Source: an uncultured Candidatus Saccharibacteria bacterium (GTDB taxonomy: Bacteria > Patescibacteriota > Saccharimonadia > Saccharimonadales > Saccharimonadaceae). Taken from it: 64,000 bases of DNA. Positions 19,408 to 28,384 of the stretch are shown piece after piece. The stretch is from positions 66,144 to 130,143 of the forward strand of contig CAZNHZ010000002.1 of assembly GCA_964573015.1 (NCBI GenBank). The letters are read 5' to 3'. The position numbers and the translations under genes were made by a program. Under the pieces are notes generated by a model. The model was not told the DNA's origin. It ran no database searches and saw only the letters and a program-made list of their open reading frames with translations. Position 1 is the stretch's first letter. Every line of letters begins with the position of its first letter.

Positions 19408-20454
19408 ATGATCACAGTTATAATTGCAGGTGGATCCGGCACCCGACTATGGCCGCTATCTACTTCTCACAACCCAAAACAACTACTGAAACTGACCAAT
19501 GATTATTCGATGGTTCAGAATACATACAATAGAGCCACGACTTTTTCCAGAGAGATATTTGTTGTACCTGATATATCTCACTCTGACTTATTGCGAGAGC
19601 AGCTGCCAGTACTCGATGACCAGCATTGCGTCGTGGAGCCAGGGCGTCGGGGTACGGCTAACTGTATCGTGGCTGCGCTTGCCCATATTGAAAAATCCGG
19701 CATCGACCCCGATGAAGCAATAGCCTTCATATCAGCAGATCACAATGTCAGGGATGCGAGCGGGTTCGCACGTTCATTTCAAGCAGCTGCTGAGGCGTCA
19801 AACAAAGTAAAAAAGTTAGCATTAATTGGTATCGAGCCTACATATCCAGCTACTGGGTTTGGGTATATTGAGCGAAATGGTGAAATTGATGGCCTGCCAA
19901 ATACGTATACTGTTAAAAGTTTTAAAGAAAAGCCGGATTTTGAAACAGCTCGCACATATATGCAATCCGGTAACTATTTATGGAATTGCGGATACTTTGT
20001 TGGATCACTAAGAACGTTTACGAATGAGATGAAAGAAAACTCCCCTGGGCTTTATGCCAACTATCAGGCCCTAGTTAAACTAGATGGCTCTGGCGATGAG
20101 GCATATGCAGAGACGTACTTAGGATTTGAAAACGATACTATCGATTATGCACTTATCGAAAAAACAAAGGATCTTATCGTAGTACCTGCATCATTTGATT
20201 GGATGGATGTTGGTAATTTCAAAGATCTACATGATGCTAACCAAAGAGATGAGCAGGACAATCATTTCCAGGGTGACAATATTCATAATATAGAAGTTCA
20301 AAATGCATACATTCGCAACGAAGAACCACATAAGCCAATAGCAGTCATCGGTCTCGACAATGTCGTCGTTGTCAATACTCCCGACGGCGTCTTGGTTGCG
20401 CGCAAAGACCTCAGTCCCAAGGTTGGCGATATCGCCAAAAAAATACAGCCTTAG
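19408..20454 (+). CDS. manC: Mannose-1-phosphate guanylyltransferase (GDP-mannose pyrophosphorylase)
   Basis: VIIAGGSGTRLWPLS and GIEPTYPATGFGYI. The likely ATG is at 19408; the track ORF starts at a GTG at 19375. Confidence 0.9.
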   Translation: MITVIIAGGSGTRLWPLSTSHNPKQLLKLTNDYSMVQNTYNRATTFSREIFVVPDISHSDLLREQLPVLDDQHCVVEPGRRGTANCIVAALAHIEKSGIDPDEAIAFISADHNVRDASGFARSFQAAAEASNKVKKLALIGIEPTYPATGFGYIERNGEIDGLPNTYTVKSFKEKPDFETARTYMQSGNYLWNCGYFVGSLRTFTNEMKENSPGLYANYQALVKLDGSGDEAYAETYLGFENDTIDYALIEKTKDLIVVPASFDWMDVGNFKDLHDANQRDEQDNHFQGDNIHNIEVQNAYIRNEEPHKPIAVIGLDNVVVVNTPDGVLVARKDLSPKVGDIAKKIQP

Positions 20455-21464
20455 GTGCGGTAACCGTTAGGGTTTTTAGATTGCCAGCGCCAAGAATCTT
20501 CGCAAGCGTCGTCGATAGTTTTTGTGGTTTTCCAGCCTAATTCTTTTTCTGCTTTGGTGGCATCGGCATAGCATGAAGCGATATCACCTGGTCGACGATC
20601 AGTTATTTCGTATGGTATCGTTTTGCCCGCAGCTTTACTAAAGGCGTTGATGAGCTCAAGCACAGACGTACCTTTGCCGGTAGCAAGATTGTATATTTGA
20701 GTACCAGGTTTGGAGTGCTCTAGGGCGGCGATATGGCCTCGCGCCAGATCAACTACATGGATATAATCACGGACACCAGTACCGTCAGGAGTGTCGTAAT
20801 CGTTGCCAAATACACTTACTTTTTGACGCTTCCCAACAGCTGTTTGAGCAACATAGGGCAAGAGGTTGTTCGGGATATCCGCTGGATCTTCGCCAATTAG
20901 TCCGCCGACATGAGCACCTACTGGATTAAAGTAGCGCAAAATAGTAATTTCAAGTGACGTGTCGGCCGTGGCGATGTCTTGAAGGATAATTTCGTTCATG
21001 TATTTTGTCCAGCCGTAGGGATTAGTTATGCCAACTCCTACTCGACTGTCTTCGGTGAGCGGCAGAGATTCTGGATTACCATAGACAGTGGCGGACGAGC
21101 TAAATACTAGCTTTTTGACGTTATGACGTTTCATAAGTTCGATGAGTGTGAGTGTGGAATTAATATTGTTTCGATAATATTCGAGTGGTTTTTGGATTGA
21201 TTCACCTACTGCTTTGAGCCCGGCAAAATGTATGACACCGTCAAATGCATGTTTTGCAAAAACTTCATCTAGTTTTGTTTTATCACAGGCATCTATTTCA
21301 TAGAACGGAACTTGTTTGCCGGTAATTTTCTCGATTCTTTTTACTGATTCTGGAGAGCTATTTATTAGATTATCGGCAATGACGATGGTGTGTCCTTCGT
21401 CAAGTAATTCAAATGCTGTATGAGACCCAATATATCCTGCGCCACCTGTAAGAAGAATATTCAT
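20451..21464 (-). CDS. galE: UDP-glucose 4-epimerase
   Basis: 337 aa. MNILLTGGAGYIGSH, SSSATVYG and YGWTKYMNE (YxxxK). Confidence 0.92.
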   Translation of the reverse strand: MNILLTGGAGYIGSHTAFELLDEGHTIVIADNLINSSPESVKRIEKITGKQVPFYEIDACDKTKLDEVFAKHAFDGVIHFAGLKAVGESIQKPLEYYRNNINSTLTLIELMKRHNVKKLVFSSSATVYGNPESLPLTEDSRVGVGITNPYGWTKYMNEIILQDIATADTSLEITILRYFNPVGAHVGGLIGEDPADIPNNLLPYVAQTAVGKRQKVSVFGNDYDTPDGTGVRDYIHVVDLARGHIAALEHSKPGTQIYNLATGKGTSVLELINAFSKAAGKTIPYEITDRRPGDIASCYADATKAEKELGWKTTKTIDDACEDSWRWQSKNPNGYRT

Positions 21465-21509
21465 ATCTCTAGTGTAATATAACCTAGTAGCTAACTGTCG
21501 GAAGGAAAT

Positions 21510-21954
21510 ATGAAGATAGTAATTGTCAGTAGTTTTTTCAATCCTCTACACGGGGGGCATCTTGATCTCGTAGAAGAAGCTGCAAAATTGGGCGAGTATT
21601 TAATTGTTATCGCTAACAATGATGCTCAGCAGATTTAAAAAAGGAAAAATTATTCTTGATGAGAAAAATCGTGTCAGATTAATGAGTGCTCTAAGAGATG
21701 TCGATGAGGTAGTTCTTGGAATTGATCCTGCGGGAAATCATTGGCCAAGCACGAAAACGATTGAGCTAGTAGCTGATAAGTACCCAAATGATGAGCTGAT
21801 ATTTGCAAATGGTGGTGATCGACCAGATCCAGATGCATTGCCAGGCCCAGAGGCGGAGATGTGTCGACAAAAGGGTATAAAGATGGTTTTTGGTAGAGGA
21901 GGAGACGTAAAGACCGATTTATCAACGCGCATCAACCGAGCAGTTGGTCACTAA
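21510..21954 (+). pseudogene. Cytidylyltransferase-family nucleotidyltransferase (HxGH), interrupted by a +1 frameshift at a T3A6 run
   Basis: The ATG at 21510 has a GGAAGGA SD and gives MKIVIVSSFFNPLHGGHLDLVEEAAKLGEYLIVIANNDAQQI, ending at a stop at 21636. The family sequence resumes in the +1 frame (FKKGKIILDEKNRVRLMSALRDVDEVVLGID...). Confidence 0.7.
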
Positions 21955-22055
21955 ACAAATTAGTTGTAATTATAACATTTTACTAAAATATAAAATTTTT
22001 TATTATTCCCGAGTATAATTAGCTTGAACGTTATCAAGAAACGAGAAAGGCTATT

Positions 22056-23882
22056 ATGTGTGGGATTGTAGGGTATATTGGATCTAAAGAATCTCAACCG
22101 ATATTATTATCGGGACTTAAGCAACTTGAATATCGTGGCTATGACAGTGCAGGTATTGTGACAGCTGATAAAAAAGGAAAAGCTACCCTGCTCCGTGCTA
22201 AAGGAAAAGTTGCTGAGCTTGAGACAAAAGTTCAGCAACATAAAAAAAGCGATACAGTTGGCATCGGTCACACCAGGTGGGCAACTCATGGGGCGCCGAG
22301 TAAACGAAACGCTCATCCACACAATGTTGGCGATATTTATTTAGTACATAACGGAATTATTGAGAACTACCAAGAGCTCAAAACTATTCTTGAGTCTAAA
22401 GATTATATATTTAAGAGCGATACCGATACAGAAGTATTGACGGCACTAATAGACTCTTATTATCAACAGAATTTTGATCTTTTGTTTGCTGTTGGTGCAG
22501 CGCTTCATGATGTTGTAGGTGCCTATGGTATAGCAGTGATGTCTACAAAAGATTCGTCAGAAATAGTTGTAGCGCGAAAAGGAAGCCCTCTGATAGTCGG
22601 TATGGGTGATGGTGAGATATTTATTGCCAGTGACGCATCTGCACTTGTTGGTCGTACGGACAGAGTTATCTACCTACATGATGGTGAAATGGCCATGTGT
22701 ACACGCGAGGGTATACAGCTGTATGACATTGATTCACATAGTGTAGAAGCTACTATCGAAAAACTTGATCTTAATGTCGAATCGATTCAAAAGAAAGGCT
22801 TCGATCATTTTCTGCTAAAGGAAATTTATGAGCAGCCAGATAGTCTGAGATCAACACTTAGCGGACGTGTCGATAGCGCTACGCATCGCGCAAAGCTTGG
22901 TGGACTCAATATGACTGACAGGGAGCTACGGTCGATAGAAAACATCATGATAATTGGATGCGGTACGGCATACTATGCAGGTGTAATGGCGGGATATTTT
23001 ATAGAACAATTTTCGAGTGACATCCAGGTAAATTCGTACGTAGCATCAGAGCTTCGCTACCGATCATTCCATGTGCCTAAAAGTTCTGTAGCACTCATTG
23101 TCTCTCAGTCTGGTGAAACGGCTGATACACTTGCATGTTTGGAAGAGCTGAAACGTCGTGGTGTGAAATGTCTTGGAGTGGTTAATGCTGTTGGCTCGAC
23201 AATAGCACGCAGTGTTGATGGTGGGGTATATGTTCATGTAGGTGCGGAGATTTCGGTGGCCAGCACTAAAGCATTTACATCGCAAGTTGCGGCAATAATA
23301 ATCTTTGGTCTAATGGTCGCACAGGCAAAAGGTGTTAGTACAAAAACACTTGACGAATATATCAAGGAGCTTGAAATGCTCCCAGTCGAAATAGAGAAAG
23401 TTCTCGACAAGCTACCAAAAGAAATACAAAAGATTGCAAAAAGATATGCAAAATATGATCATGCCCTATATGTCGGACGTGATACACAATTCCCTGCTGC
23501 GCTCGAAGGAGCTCTCAAGTTAAAAGAGATTAGCTATATTCACGCTGAAGGTTACGCGGCGGGTGAACTCAAACATGGGCCAATTGCGCTTATCGACGAT
23601 CGGTTCTTTGAAGTATGCTTCTTGCAGGATAATTGGCTGTACGAAAAAACTCAAAGCAACATTATTGAGATGAATGCTCGTGGTGCACATGCGATTGTGA
23701 TTACAGACAGTGATAAGCGAATAAATGCCGAGGAAGTTATTCGTGTTTCAACAAAACTAAAGGTACTCACTCCACTGGTATTTAATATCATCTCTCAGCT
23801 ATTTGCGTACTATGTTGCTGTCGCGCGTGGTAACGATGTTGATCAGCCGCGCAACTTAGCTAAGAGTGTAACGGTTGAATAG
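22056..23882 (+). CDS. glmS: Glutamine--fructose-6-phosphate aminotransferase
   Basis: 608 aa. N-terminal MCGIVGYIG with the Cys2 nucleophile, two SIS domains, and a C-terminal ...NLAKSVTVE. Confidence 0.97.
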   Translation: MCGIVGYIGSKESQPILLSGLKQLEYRGYDSAGIVTADKKGKATLLRAKGKVAELETKVQQHKKSDTVGIGHTRWATHGAPSKRNAHPHNVGDIYLVHNGIIENYQELKTILESKDYIFKSDTDTEVLTALIDSYYQQNFDLLFAVGAALHDVVGAYGIAVMSTKDSSEIVVARKGSPLIVGMGDGEIFIASDASALVGRTDRVIYLHDGEMAMCTREGIQLYDIDSHSVEATIEKLDLNVESIQKKGFDHFLLKEIYEQPDSLRSTLSGRVDSATHRAKLGGLNMTDRELRSIENIMIIGCGTAYYAGVMAGYFIEQFSSDIQVNSYVASELRYRSFHVPKSSVALIVSQSGETADTLACLEELKRRGVKCLGVVNAVGSTIARSVDGGVYVHVGAEISVASTKAFTSQVAAIIIFGLMVAQAKGVSTKTLDEYIKELEMLPVEIEKVLDKLPKEIQKIAKRYAKYDHALYVGRDTQFPAALEGALKLKEISYIHAEGYAAGELKHGPIALIDDRFFEVCFLQDNWLYEKTQSNIIEMNARGAHAIVITDSDKRINAEEVIRVSTKLKVLTPLVFNIISQLFAYYVAVARGNDVDQPRNLAKSVTVE

Positions 23883-23883
23883 T

Positions 23884-24999
23884 TTAGCTGTTGTCAGCAA
23901 CAATCTTACGAATTTTCTGGATGAACAGTGTTTTGGCGAATCGTTTTGCGGTGCGTGAAAGTTTGCTTGGACTGTAGGTGCGAGACTCGAGTAGCTGAAT
24001 TGCCTCGACGACATCGTCAACAGTCTGGCGCTCAAAAAGTACTCCAAGCTCTTCACTGGTGATAATGTCGGTCGTGCCGCCCCGAGCCAGTCCAACTACA
24101 GGTGCTCCTGCCGCCAAAGCTTCGACGGTCACTATACCGAAATCTTCCTCGGTTGGAAATATATATCCACGTGCCGTTGTGAGCAGTCGTTCGAGCTCAC
24201 CGTCAGAAGCATCACCATAACGATCGGTACGGAATTCTATTGTTGGTCCTGCGATTGAAACAAGTTGTTTGTGCATCGGGCCATCACCAAATACGTATAG
24301 TTTCTTACTAAGTTTTGTCGCGGCTGCAACTGCTAGGTCATGACGTTTGTATGGCAATTGTCTCCCGCTTGTTACGTAGTGTTCAGCTCGAGTTTGTTGT
24401 GGGGTGAATCGCTGGATATCTACAGGTGGATAAACTACAGTTGAGCTACGACCGTAGTATTTCTTGATCCTTTTTTGGGTTTCGGTTGAATTAGCGATAT
24501 ATACATCAACATTTTTGGCAGCGGCAATATCAAGGCGGCGTTGCTTTGGTACCATTAGTGGCATAAGAGATCGAACGATAGGGTTGAGTTTGCCAAACCC
24601 TGGGTTACGACGGTATTCGTCATAGTGGCTCCAGTAATATCTCGGTGGTGTGTGGCAGTAGGCGATCACGATTTGGTCAGGACGCGACTTGGTCACGTGG
24701 TGGCCAACCAAATAGGTGCTGGTCAAGATAACGTCATATGCCGAAAGGTCAAGTTTACTTATGGCTTTTGTGGCAAGCGTCGGAAACAATTTATGATACT
24801 TACGTAACTGCTTTGGCAATCGATGGAGGTGTGAAGTGCGAACATCGAGCTCGCGAAATGCAGGCATATTTTTGTCATTGTAAATTGCGGTATATATCGG
24901 CGCGTCGGGAAACGCTTCGTGCATAGCAAGCACCACATTTTCTGCACCACCCATTGTCGTCAAAAAGTCACAAACAATCGCCACTTTTGGTACTGACAC
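23884..24999 (-). CDS. Glycosyltransferase family 4 (GT-B)
   Basis: 371 aa. YIFPTEEDFGIVTVEALAAGAPVV matches the EX7E motif. It abuts the phosphoglycosyltransferase gene. Confidence 0.85.
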   Translation of the reverse strand: MSVPKVAIVCDFLTTMGGAENVVLAMHEAFPDAPIYTAIYNDKNMPAFRELDVRTSHLHRLPKQLRKYHKLFPTLATKAISKLDLSAYDVILTSTYLVGHHVTKSRPDQIVIAYCHTPPRYYWSHYDEYRRNPGFGKLNPIVRSLMPLMVPKQRRLDIAAAKNVDVYIANSTETQKRIKKYYGRSSTVVYPPVDIQRFTPQQTRAEHYVTSGRQLPYKRHDLAVAAATKLSKKLYVFGDGPMHKQLVSIAGPTIEFRTDRYGDASDGELERLLTTARGYIFPTEEDFGIVTVEALAAGAPVVGLARGGTTDIITSEELGVLFERQTVDDVVEAIQLLESRTYSPSKLSRTAKRFAKTLFIQKIRKIVADNS

Positions 25000-26465
25000 T
25001 ACTTTGCTCCTTTGCCAAACAATACAACGCCAATGGTTTTGATCAAGATTTTAATATCCAACCAAAAGCTCCAGTTTTGTGCATAATACAGCTCCAGTTC
25101 AACACGCTCATTAAAGCTGAGATCACTACGACCGGATACTTGCCATAGACCTGTGATGCCGGGACGGACACTAAAGAGCAGCGGTGCGCGATTTTTGTAA
25201 TACGGTTTCTCTTCTTTGATAATCGGTCGTGGTCCAACAAGGCTCATTTGTCCAAGTATGACGTTAAATAATTGTGGCAATTCATCGATAGAAGTTTTGC
25301 GGAGGATATTACCAAACCACGTGATGCGCGGGTCGTGTTCGACTTTGCGATATTTGATGTATTCTGCCACCAGATCATCTCGGCCCATATCGGCAAAGAT
25401 TTTTTCGGCGTTTTCACCGCAATATTTCCACACCATGGAGCGAAACTTATAGGTATAAATAGTCTTGCCGTGTAGTCCGAGCCGTTTGCTTTTGAAAAAT
25501 ATCGGGCCGGTATTAAATATAATTTGCAGCAACGTTACGATGGCCATAAACGGCACCCACACCGGAGCGCTGATGGTGATGAGTGCTAGGTCAAAAATTC
25601 GTTTAGCAACTTCGCCCCAGCCGACTAGCGGCGTTTGGTAAACACTTATCATCGGGTAGCCCAGGAAGACATCGGTGATGTTTTTGCCCGAATAGAATTC
25701 CGCTTCACCCGGTATGAAACTATACTGCAAATGACGTTCTTGGGCGGCGTTCATAATCTGTTGGTTTTTGGCCGGATCGTCGTACAGACTGGTTTGAATT
25801 ATCGTTGTGATACGCATATCTTTTAATTTATCGAGAGCGGCATTGACGCTTGTGAATACTCGTGCCGATGTGTGTGGTGGTGCTTTGCCGGCGATTGCGA
25901 CAACCCGGTAGCCCGATCGATGAGTGATGGCTAGGTTTTTGGCGATATCGGCGGTAGCTTCGTTGTTGCCGATGATTAATACCCGTTGTGTGCCAATACC
26001 ATATATATATAATGTATCGCGAATTGTTCGTAGGATTTCACGGAACAGTACAAGCAGCAAAAATACCAGTATCGCGGCGTATCCGGCGACCAGTCGCGCA
26101 GGGAAAACCGGCTCGTTGATGACAAACGCGTAGCCAATCACTATCAAAATGCCGATAAATGACGCCATGACGAGCTTACCGTATTCGGTGAGACGCCGCT
26201 GGTAGACCCGCGGTGAGTACAATCCCAGCGCCCAAAATGTTACCAGCCAAAACGGCAACAGCAGCAAAAATGTCCCAAAAAAATCCAAAGCGGTAATTTG
26301 ATTGACAAGCGGACGTGTATCGAGTTGCACCCTGAGAATATATGCGATCGTAAAGGCCAGCAATACTGAGATGCTATCTGCCAGTAGCAGAGAAAATGTG
26401 TAAAATCTGACAGTTTTGACAGGCATAATACTATTAAATATTGTACCATTAGAGGTGATGATCAC
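24999..26465 (-). CDS. Polyprenyl-phosphate glycosyl-1-phosphate transferase (WbaP/EpsL-type initiating enzyme)
   Basis: 488 aa. N-terminal TM bundle and a central Rossmann-like domain. The C-terminal bacterial sugar-transferase motif is SIDELPQLFNVILGQMSLVGPRP. The true start may be MPVKTVRF at 26426. Confidence 0.9.
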   Translation of the reverse strand: MIITSNGTIFNSIMPVKTVRFYTFSLLLADSISVLLAFTIAYILRVQLDTRPLVNQITALDFFGTFLLLLPFWLVTFWALGLYSPRVYQRRLTEYGKLVMASFIGILIVIGYAFVINEPVFPARLVAGYAAILVFLLLVLFREILRTIRDTLYIYGIGTQRVLIIGNNEATADIAKNLAITHRSGYRVVAIAGKAPPHTSARVFTSVNAALDKLKDMRITTIIQTSLYDDPAKNQQIMNAAQERHLQYSFIPGEAEFYSGKNITDVFLGYPMISVYQTPLVGWGEVAKRIFDLALITISAPVWVPFMAIVTLLQIIFNTGPIFFKSKRLGLHGKTIYTYKFRSMVWKYCGENAEKIFADMGRDDLVAEYIKYRKVEHDPRITWFGNILRKTSIDELPQLFNVILGQMSLVGPRPIIKEEKPYYKNRAPLLFSVRPGITGLWQVSGRSDLSFNERVELELYYAQNWSFWLDIKILIKTIGVVLFGKGAK

Positions 26466-27762
26466 ACAGGGCTATGACAGGATATTGAAATACAGCCTAG
26501 GGGTGCTGTTGGGAATTATCATGATCTTGCCGCTGCATCCATTTGTCTCGACATGGGGCGGCGTGATTGTCGGGCCGTTACTGGTATGGAAGTCGTGGAA
26601 AGAATTAGTGTTGCTGGCTGTATTTGCAGTATTGGTAGTGTGGGGCGCACGTCAAGGCAAGCTTCGCTCTTTGTTTAAGGATAGAGTTATCCAATTGGTG
26701 ACGGTATATACGTTATTTGCTCTCATGATTACGTTTGCAATGGGGTATATACAGTCGACATCTGTTGCCGGGATAGGTATGGGGCTGAGGTATTTGCTGA
26801 TATTTGCCATGATGTATGGCATTGCTCAGTATCTTGTAGTAAGTGATCGTATGCGTGAGCGCTTGTTCAAGGTGATTGCCGTATGGGGAATTGTCTTGGC
26901 GCTGCTTGGTATCATCCAGGTGTTTATGCTGCCGGGAGATTTTTTGGCGCACTTTGGCTATGTCAAAGATGTTACGATTGCACCGACGACGACTATTGAT
27001 AGTAACGATGCGGCCAAGCGTGCATTTGCCACATTGCGCGGTCCAAACGACTATGGAGCATATATGATATTGCCGCTAATTATAGCGCTAAGCGGTATGC
27101 TTTCACGTAATTTGGGGGTGGTAGTGGCGTTACTAAGCTCCTTTGCTATCGTACTGTCCGGATCAAGAAGCGCCTGGCTCGGAGCAGCGGTGGCGCTGAC
27201 TACATATATTGTCATGACACGAGGCATCAATATTGTGCGACATCGTTATTTCAAGCCTGCACTTGTCGCGGCGGTGATTGTCATGACAGGATTTGCATAT
27301 GCCTCCGTCAATTTTGCACCGCTCCGTCTCGCCGTGTTTCACTCTAGCCCCGGTGATTCGCATTTGTTTGAGGGCTCAAACGACGCACATATTCAGTCAA
27401 CAACCAATGGCATACGTCGCGTTATGGCAAATCCTCTTGGCTGCGGTCTCGGCTGTGCCGGTCCGGCATCATATTATGGCAACGAGCCCAGGATTAGTGA
27501 AAACTACTACGTACAAATAGCCGAAGAAGTCGGCGTTGTAGGGCTATCTATATGGCTGGCGATTTTTGTCGTTATTATGCGACGATTGTGGCGAGTCCGT
27601 CATGAATATGCCGCGCAGATACTCTTCGCAAGCGGTGCTGGCTTTGCCATTATCGGTTTCCTACTCCATGTCTGGGCAGACGACCCACTTAGTCTAACTT
27701 GGTGGGGGTTGGCCGGGTTGGTGAGTGGAACACACGCATATCAGTCTCGACGTTCAAAGTAA
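26458..27762 (+). CDS. O-antigen ligase / Wzy-like polymerase family membrane protein
   Basis: About 12 TM segments, with the loop motif SGSRSAWLGAAVAL. The ATG at 26458 is preceded by AGAGGTG; the track ORF starts at 26416. Confidence 0.7.
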   Translation: MITQGYDRILKYSLGVLLGIIMILPLHPFVSTWGGVIVGPLLVWKSWKELVLLAVFAVLVVWGARQGKLRSLFKDRVIQLVTVYTLFALMITFAMGYIQSTSVAGIGMGLRYLLIFAMMYGIAQYLVVSDRMRERLFKVIAVWGIVLALLGIIQVFMLPGDFLAHFGYVKDVTIAPTTTIDSNDAAKRAFATLRGPNDYGAYMILPLIIALSGMLSRNLGVVVALLSSFAIVLSGSRSAWLGAAVALTTYIVMTRGINIVRHRYFKPALVAAVIVMTGFAYASVNFAPLRLAVFHSSPGDSHLFEGSNDAHIQSTTNGIRRVMANPLGCGLGCAGPASYYGNEPRISENYYVQIAEEVGVVGLSIWLAIFVVIMRRLWRVRHEYAAQILFASGAGFAIIGFLLHVWADDPLSLTWWGLAGLVSGTHAYQSRRSK

Positions 27763-28292
27763 AATTTATCAGCGTACATAGAGCATGAAAAATAATATCC
27801 CGGCTTACCTGGATCGGTGTACTCTCTGTCGGCCAGCACACAGTAAGCGTCAGAATTGTTTGCTGGATTTATATTTGTGACAGACATCACGATGCTCTTA
27901 TTGGCATTTGAAGCAATATGCTGTGTGTCTAGAACTTTTGTATAATCGTTTATCAAGACGATATTTAAATAGTCCTTGTACTTTGTATCGCTGTTCACGG
28001 CAGAGCCATTTGTCAGAGTCATATAACATGATATCCTGTCATTTCGCGAGACGGTACTTCCTACACCCCGGCAATATTCATCATATGTCCATCCTTTATC
28101 GATAGCATTAAACTTGAATCGTAATGATAAGACACTATTTTTTAATTCAACGATCCGGGGTTTTGCAGATAAGCTATTTATTGCGATTTTATATATTAAT
28201 ATACTACCCACTAAAATTCCTATAATGATAATAATTTTGGTTATAGTTTTGGATATGCTCTTAATTTTGGCAGGTTTTTTTATCATGCTCAT
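27741..28292 (-). CDS. Membrane-anchored hypothetical protein
   Basis: 183 aa with an N-terminal TM helix (IIIIIGILVGSILIY). No recognised domain. Confidence 0.4.
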   Translation of the reverse strand: MSMIKKPAKIKSISKTITKIIIIIGILVGSILIYKIAINSLSAKPRIVELKNSVLSLRFKFNAIDKGWTYDEYCRGVGSTVSRNDRISCYMTLTNGSAVNSDTKYKDYLNIVLINDYTKVLDTQHIASNANKSIVMSVTNINPANNSDAYCVLADREYTDPGKPGYYFSCSMYADKFYFERRD

Positions 28293-28384
28293 AGCATAAA
28301 CTGTTTGGGTAGAGAATTACAATAAACTCTCGCTTTATTTTTATTGCGGGTGTACAATCTGAGAAATAACCTGGGAGAGGTGAT

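Noticed and set aside
21955-22055. Possible glmS ribozyme upstream of glmS
   Set aside because: Only ~100 nt of very AT-rich spacer is available. None of the conserved GC-rich core helices of the glmS ribozyme can be drawn. It looks like a plain promoter/SD region.
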